The notes beneath the pieces are model-generated. The model ran no database searches and had not been told where the DNA came from. It saw only the letters and a program-made list of their open reading frames with translations. Below are positions 55,436 through 64,000 of a DNA stretch of 64,000 nucleotides, piece after piece. How positions within the stretch are numbered: the stretch's first letter is position 1; every line of letters starts with the position of its first letter. Origin of the DNA: an uncultured Bacteroidota bacterium (GTDB lineage: Bacteria; Bacteroidota; Rhodothermia; Rhodothermales; Salinibacteraceae); assembly GCA_913056185.1 (NCBI GenBank), contig CAJXLV010000012.1, positions 3,688 through 67,687 on the forward strand, written 5' to 3'. Position numbers and translations under genes: made by a program.

Positions 55436-56572
55436 CTATGTCATTGACGGGGGCAACTCAGCCTTCTTCGTCCCCACCTCCTCGTCCGCCCCATCCCCGC
55501 CCGGCGTGGGCAGATCGTCCGGCACATCCGGTTTCGTGGTCTGCACCGCGTCCGGGTCGGCGGTCTGCTCCGGCAGTTTCGCCGCGGGGATCTGGATGTC
55601 GGGCGCGTCGGGCTTGAAGTTGAGCATCACCTCCAGGACGCCCGCCTTCGTCTCCGGCTGCATGAGCTTGTGCCGGAGCGTCGACGCGTTGCGGAAGCCC
55701 TTGAAGTAGCTGCTGTAGTTTTTGCGCATCTCCATCACGCCGGTGCGCTCGCCCAACCACTCGCATTTGAGCGACAGGTGCTCGGCCACCACCTGCACGC
55801 GCTCCTCCCAGTCGGGCCGGGGCGGCAGCTCGCCCGTCTCCATGTATGTCTTGGCGCGGTCAAAAATCCAGGGGTTGCCCAGCGCGCCGCGGCCCATCAT
55901 CACGCCGTCCACGCCCGTTTCTTCGAACATCGCCTCGATGGCCTCCGGGTCCAGCGCGTCGCCGTTGCCGATGAACGGCATGTCGCGTACGCCCTCTTCT
56001 TTGATCTTGCGCAGCCACTCCCAGCGCGCCTCGCCCTTGTACTTCTGCTCGCGGGTGCGGGCGTGCACCGTGAGCGCCGCCACGCCCATCTCCTCCAGCA
56101 TGCGCGCCACCTCCACGATGTGGATCGAGTCATCGTCCCACCCGAGGCGCGTCTTGACGGTGACCGGGCGGGTGGCCTCCTCCATCACCGCCGCCGTGAT
56201 GTTGCGCATCTTGTCGAGGTTGCGCAGCACGCCCGCCCCGCCATCCTTCTGCACGATCTTGCGCACCGGGCAGCCAAAGTTGATGTCAATCACATCCGGC
56301 CCGGCGGCGTCGACCATGGGCGTCGCGTTGCGGACCTCGTCGATCCCGCCGCCCCAGACCTGAATGCCGATGGGCCGCTCCTCGTCGAAGATCTCGAGCT
56401 TCTGGTGCTCGTGCTCCTGCTCGCGCAGTAGGCCCGCAGAGGAGACGAACTCAGTGTACATCATGTCCGCCCCGTACCGCTTGCAGAGGATGCGGAACGG
56501 CGGGTCGCTCACGTCTTCCATCGGCGCGAGGAAGAGGGGCCGGTCGTCAAAGTTGAGGTGGCCAATGCGCAT
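55436..56572 (-). CDS. dusB: tRNA-dihydrouridine synthase B
   Basis: LAPMED, YTEFVS, DINFGCP, VTVKTRLG, TVHART, GNGD and GRGALGNPW. Confidence 0.95.
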   Translation of the reverse strand: MRIGHLNFDDRPLFLAPMEDVSDPPFRILCKRYGADMMYTEFVSSAGLLREQEHEHQKLEIFDEERPIGIQVWGGGIDEVRNATPMVDAAGPDVIDINFGCPVRKIVQKDGGAGVLRNLDKMRNITAAVMEEATRPVTVKTRLGWDDDSIHIVEVARMLEEMGVAALTVHARTREQKYKGEARWEWLRKIKEEGVRDMPFIGNGDALDPEAIEAMFEETGVDGVMMGRGALGNPWIFDRAKTYMETGELPPRPDWEERVQVVAEHLSLKCEWLGERTGVMEMRKNYSSYFKGFRNASTLRHKLMQPETKAGVLEVMLNFKPDAPDIQIPAAKLPEQTADPDAVQTTKPDVPDDLPTPGGDGADEEVGTKKAELPPSMT

Positions 56573-56761
56573 CGGGGCGGGCTGAGTCCTGTGTGTCACG
56601 GGGTGGAGTGAGGGGGCAAAAACGCACCGAAGGCAAACGGTGGTTCCGCAACAATGCGGAAACGTTGAGCGCGCGAACGGTTAACGAGGACCTGTACCCA
56701 TTCCGGGCATTCGTTCGTACGTTGGGTGCACGGCTTCTTTTTTCTCGATTCTCTGGTTGTC

Positions 56762-57049
56762 ATGCCTACCGACGACGGCTCTTCTGGGCTCCGCCCGTTT
56801 TCGCTTGCCCTGCTCGCGCCGCTTGCGGTTCTGCTCACCGGCTGCGGCGGCCCCAACCTCCTGGAGCGTATCTCCACGGCCAGCTGGGGCTTCTGGGGCA
56901 CTGTCATCATTGTGCTCGACCTCGTGGCGCTGGTCGACCTGCTCGGCGACGGCACCCGAAGCACCAGCAGCAGGGTGATCTGGGGACTCCTCATCGTCTT
57001 CATGCCCGTCCTCGGGGTGATTCTGTACTTCATCTTCGGACGCGAGTAG
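56762..57049 (+). CDS. Small lipoprotein with PLDc_N-like helical hairpin
   Basis: Lipobox LTGC, then VLDLVAL...RVIWGLLIVFMPVLGVILYFIFGR. Confidence 0.75.
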   Translation: MPTDDGSSGLRPFSLALLAPLAVLLTGCGGPNLLERISTASWGFWGTVIIVLDLVALVDLLGDGTRSTSSRVIWGLLIVFMPVLGVILYFIFGRE

Positions 57050-57053
57050 CGGC

Positions 57054-57833
57054 ATGCAGCGAACCATGTGGACGTGTAGACGAGCCGGCCCCCGTCTGGT
57101 GCGCAGTACCTTCGTCGCGATCGTGGCAGGGGTGCTGGCGGCCTGTGGCGGAACCGCGTCCGTCACGGAGCCTGATCCGGAGGCGCGCTACCGGGCCGCC
57201 ATCAAAGACGCCCGCACGGCCGCGCCGTCGGAGATCACAACTTCGCTCACCCCCCTCGTGCCGCACAACGATGCGCTTGTGTGGCGCACGGTGCGGGACT
57301 CGATCCGACAGGTGCTGGTCGTGACCTGGGGCGGGGCCGAGACGCTGCCCGCCGCCACGGCCGGCGACACGGTGACGGCCGACCAGGACGTGTGGGTGAC
57401 GGCCGCGCCTCAGCTCCGGCGCTTCTGCCGGGGGCTCGACCGAACGGGCGATGCGCTCCGGCTTCGTCTCGCCCAGCGACTCGGCCTCCCACCGGACGCG
57501 AACTACGACCGCTTCGTGGAGCTCTGGGTGCGCCCACGGGCCCTCGTGCGCCCCTGCCCCGACCCCGAGGTCACGGACCGCGAGTGCGAACTGCGTCCGC
57601 CCGAGCCCCAGGCCCACGTGCGGATCAGCGACGCGCACCAGGAGTGGTTTCAGGGCCTGAAGGCGAACTCCTACGGCCCGGACGGGTATCCCTTCACGGG
57701 CCTCGGCTACACCTACGACTGGCACCCGGCGACCGACGAGGTGGGGTCGAGCGAGTTTGTGCTGCGGCCCGGCGAGGCCGCCGTCGTCCGAGCCACGGAC
57801 TCGACGGCCGCATACTGCCGGCCCGCCGACTGA
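57054..57833 (+). CDS. Conserved hypothetical lipoprotein
   Basis: Lipobox LAAC; LAQRLGLPP, FVELWVRP, RPCPDPE, YPFTGLGYTYDW and GSSEFV look like family motifs. Confidence 0.75.
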   Translation: MQRTMWTCRRAGPRLVRSTFVAIVAGVLAACGGTASVTEPDPEARYRAAIKDARTAAPSEITTSLTPLVPHNDALVWRTVRDSIRQVLVVTWGGAETLPAATAGDTVTADQDVWVTAAPQLRRFCRGLDRTGDALRLRLAQRLGLPPDANYDRFVELWVRPRALVRPCPDPEVTDRECELRPPEPQAHVRISDAHQEWFQGLKANSYGPDGYPFTGLGYTYDWHPATDEVGSSEFVLRPGEAAVVRATDSTAAYCRPAD

Positions 57834-57926
57834 GGGTCATCCTTTCGCCACGGTTTACACGACCGTGCCGAGCGGTACCTATCTTGGGTCGATGCGCATG
57901 CCTGTGTCTCCGCCTTCTCGTCGCCG

Positions 57927-59213
57927 ATGCCGCTTCGACGCCCGCTCACGCTCGTCCTTCTCCTGATCTGTCCGGTTCTTGGCCTCGGCTGCCAGTCCAC
58001 CGCCCCCTCCTCCTCGGCGCCGTCCGCGGAGGAGGCCCCGGCGCCCCTGATCGTCATCTCCATCGACGGCCTCCGGTGGGACTATCTCGACCTGCACGAG
58101 GCGCCCACCCTGTCCCGCCTGGCGGACACGGGTACTCACGTGGAGCGCCTAACGCCCCTCTTTCCCAGCAAGACCTTTCCCAATCACTACAGCACCGTCA
58201 CAGGGCTCTATCCCTCCCACCACGGCATCATCGCAAACACGATGTACGACCCGGTGCTGGACGCCAGGTTCAGCCTCAGCGACCGGGACGCGGTCGAAAC
58301 CCCCGACTGGTGGGGCGGCGAACCCATCTGGGTGACCGCCGAGCAGCAGGGGCGCACCGCGGCCACCTATTTCTGGCCCGGGTCCGAGGCGCCGATTCAG
58401 GGCGTGCGGCCCTCTGAATGGTTTCGGTACGACGAGAGCGTGCCCGGCACCACCCGTGTGGATCAGGCCCTGGAGTGGCTCGATCGGCCGGCCGAGACGC
58501 GCCCCGACCTCATCACGCTTTACTTCAGCCGGGTCGACACGAAAGGCCACTACTACGGCCCGCGCTCCGACTCGGTCGCCACGGCCCTGCGGGAGGTGGA
58601 CGGCTTCATCCAGCGCCTGCTCGACGGGCTCGCCGCACGGGGCCTTGCCGACGCGGTGAACCTCATGGTGACCTCCGACCACGGCATGAGCCCCACGGCC
58701 CGGGACCGCACCATCGTCCTCGACGACTACATCGACCTCGACGATGTGACGCTCACGGCCCGAAATCCGGTGGCGATGATGGAGCCCCGCTCCGGCGTGT
58801 CGGCCGACTCGGTCGTGGCGGCGCTGGACCGGGCCCCGCACCTCTCGGCGTACCGGCGCGGCGGGCTCCCGGACCCCCTCCATTTTGAGGGCCACCGCCG
58901 CATACCGTCCGTCATCGCCGTGGCCGACGACCGGTGGAGCCTCCGCACCCGGCGCTGGATGGCGAACAACCCGGACTGGGACGGGGGCGGGACGCACGGC
59001 TACGATCCCAGACACGAAACCATGCACGCCCTTCTCGTGGCCCACGGACCCGCCTTCCGGGCGTCCACCACGGTGGAGCAACTCTCCCTCCTCCACCTCT
59101 ACGAGCTGATGTGTGCGGTGCTCGACCTGGAACCGGCCCCGAACGACGGGCGACGGGCGGCCGCGCGGCCGCTCCTCGCTCCCAGTGCCACTCCCACGCC
59201 CGCGGCGCCGTAG
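57927..59213 (+). CDS. Nucleotide pyrophosphatase/phosphodiesterase (alkaline phosphatase superfamily) lipoprotein
   Basis: ISIDG, SKTFPNH (Thr nucleophile), VDTKGH, SDHGM and HGYD. Confidence 0.92.
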   Translation: MPLRRPLTLVLLLICPVLGLGCQSTAPSSSAPSAEEAPAPLIVISIDGLRWDYLDLHEAPTLSRLADTGTHVERLTPLFPSKTFPNHYSTVTGLYPSHHGIIANTMYDPVLDARFSLSDRDAVETPDWWGGEPIWVTAEQQGRTAATYFWPGSEAPIQGVRPSEWFRYDESVPGTTRVDQALEWLDRPAETRPDLITLYFSRVDTKGHYYGPRSDSVATALREVDGFIQRLLDGLAARGLADAVNLMVTSDHGMSPTARDRTIVLDDYIDLDDVTLTARNPVAMMEPRSGVSADSVVAALDRAPHLSAYRRGGLPDPLHFEGHRRIPSVIAVADDRWSLRTRRWMANNPDWDGGGTHGYDPRHETMHALLVAHGPAFRASTTVEQLSLLHLYELMCAVLDLEPAPNDGRRAAARPLLAPSATPTPAAP

Positions 59214-59260
59214 GGCCCGTCCTCGCTGCAATCGACAGAACGTCCGGCGCCCCCTCGCAG

Positions 59261-59923
59261 TCAGGCGACAGGTCCACGCTCTTCTCTCTCTCCGAGGCGC
59301 ACCACCTCGTCGGCGTGAGGGCGCAGCGCGTCCGTGAGGTGACTGGCCACAATGGCAAGCCCGCCGTCCGCCACGAACTCGCGCAGGAGCTCGACCGTCG
59401 CCTCGGTCGTGGCGGTGTCGAGGCTGCGGAGGGGCTCGTCCATCAGCACCACCGCCGGCTCGGCCACAAACGCAGCGGCCACCTGTGCCTTCTGCACCAT
59501 GCCACTCGAATAAGTCCCAATCAGGTTGGAGCGGCGCTCGTCGAGGCGGAGGCGATCCAGCACCGCCGCGATGCGGGCATCGCCGCCGACGCTGCCCCAC
59601 TGCCCGCGGCTGCGAAGAATCCACTCCAGCAGCTCCACAGCCGTGAGGTGCTCCGGGAGGTCCGGGCCGGCGTGCACAAGGCCCACGTGCTGCAGGTAGC
59701 GGTACGGGTGAGCGTGGACGTCAAGATCGCCGTAGTGCACCGTGCCGCTGGTGGGATAGGCCTGCACCGCGAGCAGGCGGAGGAGCGTGGTTTTGCCCGC
59801 CCCGTTGGGCCCGACGAGCAGGGTAAGCGTGCCGGGGGCGAACGACCGCGAAAGGCCGTTGAGGATGGGCGGGCCGTCGCCGTATCGTTTGGTCAGGGCG
59901 TCGAGCGCAAGGGAGGCAGCCAT
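59261..59923 (-). CDS. ABC transporter ATP-binding protein
   Basis: GPNGAGKTT, YSSGMVQK, MDEP and ASH. Confidence 0.88.
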   Translation of the reverse strand: MAASLALDALTKRYGDGPPILNGLSRSFAPGTLTLLVGPNGAGKTTLLRLLAVQAYPTSGTVHYGDLDVHAHPYRYLQHVGLVHAGPDLPEHLTAVELLEWILRSRGQWGSVGGDARIAAVLDRLRLDERRSNLIGTYSSGMVQKAQVAAAFVAEPAVVLMDEPLRSLDTATTEATVELLREFVADGGLAIVASHLTDALRPHADEVVRLGEREERGPVA

Positions 59924-59966
59924 GAGGCAGTCCGGATTGAGGAAGCAGGTACGGAGGCATCGCGGG

Positions 59967-61232
59967 TCACGCCGTGGCGCGGGCGCGGCCCTCCGTTGCG
60001 AGCGTGACCGCCACCGCCCCCACCGCCGACAGGCCAAGGTGCACGGCGGCCCAGGTGCCGACCCAGGCCCAGCCGTAGGTGTCCCCAAACAGCACCACGA
60101 GCGCGAGGCTTCCCACGTGCGGCCCAAACCAGCGCAGATTGACGAACGTGCGAGTGCCCACCCAGTCGGGCCACGACTGCATCGACCGCTGGAAGGCGGG
60201 CGGGGCGCTGGGGCGCGTCCCGAGCACCGCCCCGGCGGCCACCTGTCCCACAAAAACAGCCAGCAGATAAGCAGTGATGACGGCCGGGGCCACGCCTCGG
60301 ATCGCGAAAAGCCACAGGCCGAGGTGGGCCACCGCCACGAGGCGGCCCAGGGGAAGGCGGCGGTCCAGCTGGCGGACACTGGCCCACACCGCGGGCCGCC
60401 ACCGCCGGGGCACCCAGTAGAGCGCATCGTACGGCACCGGCTCGCGGTCGGCCGTCGCGATGGTGCCGCCGCCCAGCACTTCGGCGTAGAAGGCGGTGGT
60501 CTGGTAGAAGTCGCGGTCGTAGGCGGCGCGGCGCCGGGTTAGGCGCAGGCCGCCCCAGGCAAGCAGCAGCAGGCCCGGCCCCCAGGCAAGCAGGCCAATC
60601 CCCGCCTGGGCGGCGGCCGCCGTGGCCACCACCGCCGCCACCGCCACCACAAAGCAGCGCGTGGTGGCAAAGAGCGCCGGCACCAGCCCCCGCGGCAGGT
60701 CGATGCCCTGTCCCTGCTCCTCCACCGCCCGGGCGTACCACTGCCCCGCCTGCCCCTCGTGCCAGGCTTGCGACCGCGCCCCCAGCGTGGCAAAGTGCAC
60801 AAAGCTATCGAGCGCCACGGCCCCCAGCAGGAGCAGCCCTTGCCCCAGGGCCATCGTCTTGAGCCCGAGGCGGCGAAGCGGCCCGCCGGGATCGGCGTAG
60901 GCCAGGAGCACAGCCGGCACCGCCAGCAGCACCACCAGCGGAAGCAACCGCCGCCCCTGGTAGCGCAGCAGGCGCATCGGCGGCCAGTTGAGCCGCTGCA
61001 GCGTCGTGACATTGGGATCCGGAAAGAGCATGTTCGGCGGCGCCACGGCAAACACGCCAGCCCCCAGCAGGGCCCACAGGCGCAGCGCATCGGCCCGCGT
61101 CGTCGGGTCGGCCCCCGCAGTGAGAAGCACCGCCGCGGCACTCAGCACCCCCAACAGGAGTCCATACGCCAGCCGGGACGCCCATCCCGTGCTGTACCGA
61201 AGGGGAACGGGAAGCGAAGGAGAGCGGGACAC
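59967..61232 (-). CDS. Hypothetical polytopic membrane protein (probable partner of the downstream ATPase)
   Basis: Several TM segments and a Trp/Tyr-rich soluble loop. The start is uncertain (GTG 61232 chosen). Confidence 0.65.
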   Translation of the reverse strand: MSRSPSLPVPLRYSTGWASRLAYGLLLGVLSAAAVLLTAGADPTTRADALRLWALLGAGVFAVAPPNMLFPDPNVTTLQRLNWPPMRLLRYQGRRLLPLVVLLAVPAVLLAYADPGGPLRRLGLKTMALGQGLLLLGAVALDSFVHFATLGARSQAWHEGQAGQWYARAVEEQGQGIDLPRGLVPALFATTRCFVVAVAAVVATAAAAQAGIGLLAWGPGLLLLAWGGLRLTRRRAAYDRDFYQTTAFYAEVLGGGTIATADREPVPYDALYWVPRRWRPAVWASVRQLDRRLPLGRLVAVAHLGLWLFAIRGVAPAVITAYLLAVFVGQVAAGAVLGTRPSAPPAFQRSMQSWPDWVGTRTFVNLRWFGPHVGSLALVVLFGDTYGWAWVGTWAAVHLGLSAVGAVAVTLATEGRARATA

Positions 61233-61453
61233 GTCAGCCGGGCGGCGTGGGCGATGGGATGTGAATGTATCTGTGTACGAATGTAGGACTGCGGCCCGTG
61301 CCTGTCCACGGCCGCACAGAAAAATCGAACCAAATGCCGACAAAGGCGCACTCCCAGCGTCCGCCGCCCGGGCGCATTCTCCCAAAACCTACCGTCCGCC
61401 CCACGCATACACGATCTGCTCCCTCGTCCTGTCCTCGCAGCTTTCGTCCTCCC

Positions 61454-62794
61454 ATGTCCCCCCACACGCTCGCCGATCCGCTGCACGAGCGCCTGCTGGA
61501 GGCGTTTCCCGCCGACACCGCCTACCGCCCGGCCGACTGGCCCGCGGACGCCATGCCGGGCCCGCTGCGCCACTACCTGACACAGCTGCTGCGCCACAGG
61601 GCCCAGCAGGAAGCCCCCCGCCTGCAAGAGGCCCGGTCGCGCTGGGTCAACCACGATCACCCAGAGGTGCAGGAGGCCGCTCACGCGTATTTCCAGGCCG
61701 TCTCGGACCATCCGCAGGTGCCGGCCGCCGAGTGGTCCGAGACGCTCCGCACCGCCACCCGGCGCACCACGGCGTACCTCGTGCGCCCGGTCGCCACGCT
61801 TTCGACCGTGGTCTTTGAGACGACCGACCCCGTGCCCGTGCCTCAAGTTTTGGAGCGCATGCGCTTTTTTGAACCCTACGCGTATCTGCGGAACGCGGTG
61901 GATGCCTTTGCCACGAAGCGCAACCGCGACCGCCTGGAGGCGGACACCTTCGAGACGGTCCTCCGGCGCATCGACGCGCGCATGGCGGCAGACTTCGACG
62001 CAAATCGCTGGCTCGATGTGCTCGAGCCGTTGTTCGAGACGGCCCACCACGCCACGGGCACCGCCCAGGTCCCCCGGCCCCTGCTCTCGACCTTCTTCGA
62101 TGCAAAGAACGCCACGGCCATGGTCCAGCGGCTGCGTGCCCTCGAGCCTTCTTCCCAGGCCCTCGACGCCGCCGCCCTTCGGCAGCTTCTTCAGGCTCCA
62201 CGCCGCGACGCCTCCGAGGCTTCGGCCCAGCCGTCCCCTGAGCACTCGTCTCCTGCGCACTCATCCCCGGAACACTCGCCCGACACATCGCCCACGGACG
62301 ACCGTCCCACCTCTCCGTCGACCGAGACGCCTCCTCCCATGTGGAAACAGTTCGAGCAGGCCCCCTCCCCTCGTCCCTCCGACGCAGCAACGGCGGACGA
62401 CGCCACCCCGCTCTGGGCGCAATTTCAGCGGGAAGCCCCCGCGCCGAGGTCCGCATCACAGGATACTCCGTCTGCAGAGAGCCCCTCTTCCGCTCTCGAG
62501 CCAAGCGCCGAGGCCTCTTCCTCCTCTGCCCCCGACGAGGCGCTGCGCGACTTGGAAGCGTCCGTCTTCGGCAGTGCACCGGCCCCGAAGCGGGCCGTCT
62601 ACATCGAGAAGCTGTTTCAGGGCAACCGGGAGGCCTACCGGGAGGTGCTGGCACGCCTGCGCACCATCGACCACTGGCGCGAGGCCTCGCAAACCATTGC
62701 CCGAGAGGTCTTCCGTGCGCACCAAGTCAATATTTACAGCGATGCCGCCGTGCACTTTACCAACGCTGTGGAGGCGGGCCTCAAAGCGGAGTGA
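61454..62794 (+). CDS. Hypothetical protein: helical N-domain, disordered linker, small C-domain
   Basis: 446 aa, Ser/Pro-rich linker with two WxQF motifs, C-terminal YIEKLFQGNREAY. Confidence 0.75.
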   Translation: MSPHTLADPLHERLLEAFPADTAYRPADWPADAMPGPLRHYLTQLLRHRAQQEAPRLQEARSRWVNHDHPEVQEAAHAYFQAVSDHPQVPAAEWSETLRTATRRTTAYLVRPVATLSTVVFETTDPVPVPQVLERMRFFEPYAYLRNAVDAFATKRNRDRLEADTFETVLRRIDARMAADFDANRWLDVLEPLFETAHHATGTAQVPRPLLSTFFDAKNATAMVQRLRALEPSSQALDAAALRQLLQAPRRDASEASAQPSPEHSSPAHSSPEHSPDTSPTDDRPTSPSTETPPPMWKQFEQAPSPRPSDAATADDATPLWAQFQREAPAPRSASQDTPSAESPSSALEPSAEASSSSAPDEALRDLEASVFGSAPAPKRAVYIEKLFQGNREAYREVLARLRTIDHWREASQTIAREVFRAHQVNIYSDAAVHFTNAVEAGLKAE

Positions 62795-62814
62795 TCGGAA
62801 CGCGGAGTGATCGG
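62786..62814. repeat. 13-bp direct repeat x2 spanning the stop codon
   Basis: GCGGAGTGATCGG at 62786-62798 and 62802-62814. Confidence 0.85.
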
Positions 62815-62847
62815 GAGCCCGTCAGCGGACCGATCTCAGAGGCTTCG

Positions 62848-63177
62848 TTACTCGCGCCTCTCTTCGCGCTCGTGCTCCTCTCCGCGCAGACGCTGGCGCA
62901 CGAGCATACAAAGAGCGCCAAGCGTGGGATCGTCGAGGGCGTAGTAGACATGCACGCCTTCCCGGCGCCGCACGAGAAGCCCCTCCTCGGCCATCGTGCC
63001 CAGGTGCTTGCTCACGTTCGACTGCCGAAGCCCCGTCGCCTCCACAAGCGCCCCCACGGCCTGCTCGCCGTGCTCCTGCAGCGCATTGAGCAGCGTGAGA
63101 CGGGCCGGCGCGCCCAGCACCTCGAAGCGGCGGGCCACCGCGTCTATTTCATCAGGAGGCACGAGGGGGCGATCCAT
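62848..63177 (-). CDS. ArsR/SmtB family transcriptional regulator
   Basis: FEVLGAPARLTLL, QSNVSKHL and RREGVHVYYAL. Confidence 0.9.
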   Translation of the reverse strand: MDRPLVPPDEIDAVARRFEVLGAPARLTLLNALQEHGEQAVGALVEATGLRQSNVSKHLGTMAEEGLLVRRREGVHVYYALDDPTLGALCMLVRQRLRGEEHEREERRE

Positions 63178-63236
63178 GAACAGAGGAGGCTGCTTCTTTG
63201 CGCGAAATGGCCCGCGGCCGGACGCCGCGAGACGCG

Positions 63237-64000
63237 TCAAAACGTGAGGTGGAGGCGGGCGTTGAGCGTCCGCGGCGTGAGCCGTTTGGGGACGCGTTGG
63301 AAGTCCTCCGTCCAGCTGTAGTCGACTGTGTTGTCCATGTCGAAGAGGTTCAACACCTCGAGGGTAAGTTCGAGGTTTACCGGTCCCCCGAAGCCATCTC
63401 GGACCACCTCGATTTGTTTTGTAGCGCCGACGTCTACTCGACGATACGCGGGCAGGCGCCCGCTCATGCGCTCGCCCTGCACCCGGGCCCGCACTCCGCC
63501 GCCGCCCACCTCCGGGCCCGGATTGGCCGGCGTGTACGGAAGGCCGCTGCCGTACAGCAGGCGCAGGTGCACCTTCCAAGACGTGTCGCCCGGCACGTAG
63601 TCCTGCAGAAACGCCGAGAACGTGTGGCGCTGGTCGGCGGGGCGGGGCAGGAGGCCCTGCCGGTTTTCGCGCAGACGGTCGGTGTACGTGGCCAGGGCCT
63701 CATCCTCAAACCGTTCGCGCGCCACCAACAAGCTGTAGTTAAACCAGCTGTCGAGCCCCGGGACAAATTCGCCCCGCAGCTGCAGGTCCAGCCCATAGGT
63801 GTAGCCGTCGGTGTCGTTGTCCCCGGAGTAGTTGACCCGCACGTCCTCGATGGTGTACGAGATAAGGTTGTCCAGGTCTTTGTAGTACGCCTCTGCTCGT
63901 AGATACAGTCGCTCGTCGGGAAAGAAATACTCTCCGCCGAGAACGTACTGGATCGACCGCTGCGAGGTAATGTTTTCGTTGAGGGCCTCGTCGATGGTCT
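63237..64000 (-). CDS. TonB-dependent receptor, C-terminal part (5' end beyond window)
   Basis: Open to the window edge; beta-barrel strands (AEAYYK, FNYSLL, LEVLNLFD) and a terminal LHLTF. Confidence 0.88.
   Translation of the reverse strand, partial: TIDEALNENITSQRSIQYVLGGEYFFPDERLYLRAEAYYKDLDNLISYTIEDVRVNYSGDNDTDGYTYGLDLQLRGEFVPGLDSWFNYSLLVARERFEDEALATYTDRLRENRQGLLPRPADQRHTFSAFLQDYVPGDTSWKVHLRLLYGSGLPYTPANPGPEVGGGGVRARVQGERMSGRLPAYRRVDVGATKQIEVVRDGFGGPVNLELTLEVLNLFDMDNTVDYSWTEDFQRVPKRLTPRTLNARLHLTF

Overview
A GC-rich bacterial chromosomal segment. Strongly acidic proteins and the gene set point to a halophilic Rhodothermota, probably Salinibacter-like (inferred, not searched). It holds about 62 CDS (two truncated by the window edges) and one tRNA-Glu(CUC). 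Core genes include yebC-ruvC, tig-clpP, mnmA, ridA, radA, mlaEFD, dusB, a class II DAHP synthase and M32/M42 peptidases. No CRISPR array, rRNA, integrase or transposase was seen. Four things stand out. (1) A full-length RtcB-family protein has a Cys-to-Ala change at the metal-bridging Cys, an Asn-to-Glu change next to a metal-ligand His, and altered C-terminal GTP-contact motifs, so it is either a pseudo-ligase or a re-wired variant. (2) Two separated loci carry PHA-granule machinery (PhaR, two PhaI/F-type phasins, a patatin, an ABC1 kinase, an SCP2 protein) but no PHA synthase in the window; one phasin sits next to a WS/DGAT, suggesting a phasin-coated wax-ester/TAG storage system. (3) An accessory block at about 21.5-31.9 kb holds four divergent DUF5687-type permease paralogues around one ABC ATPase, a CPBP protease and an apparently decaying VapBC pair. 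(4) Trigger factor has a 6-His insertion. Starts were moved from the ORF track to the most plausible initiation codon. All family assignments come from motif recognition, not database searches.
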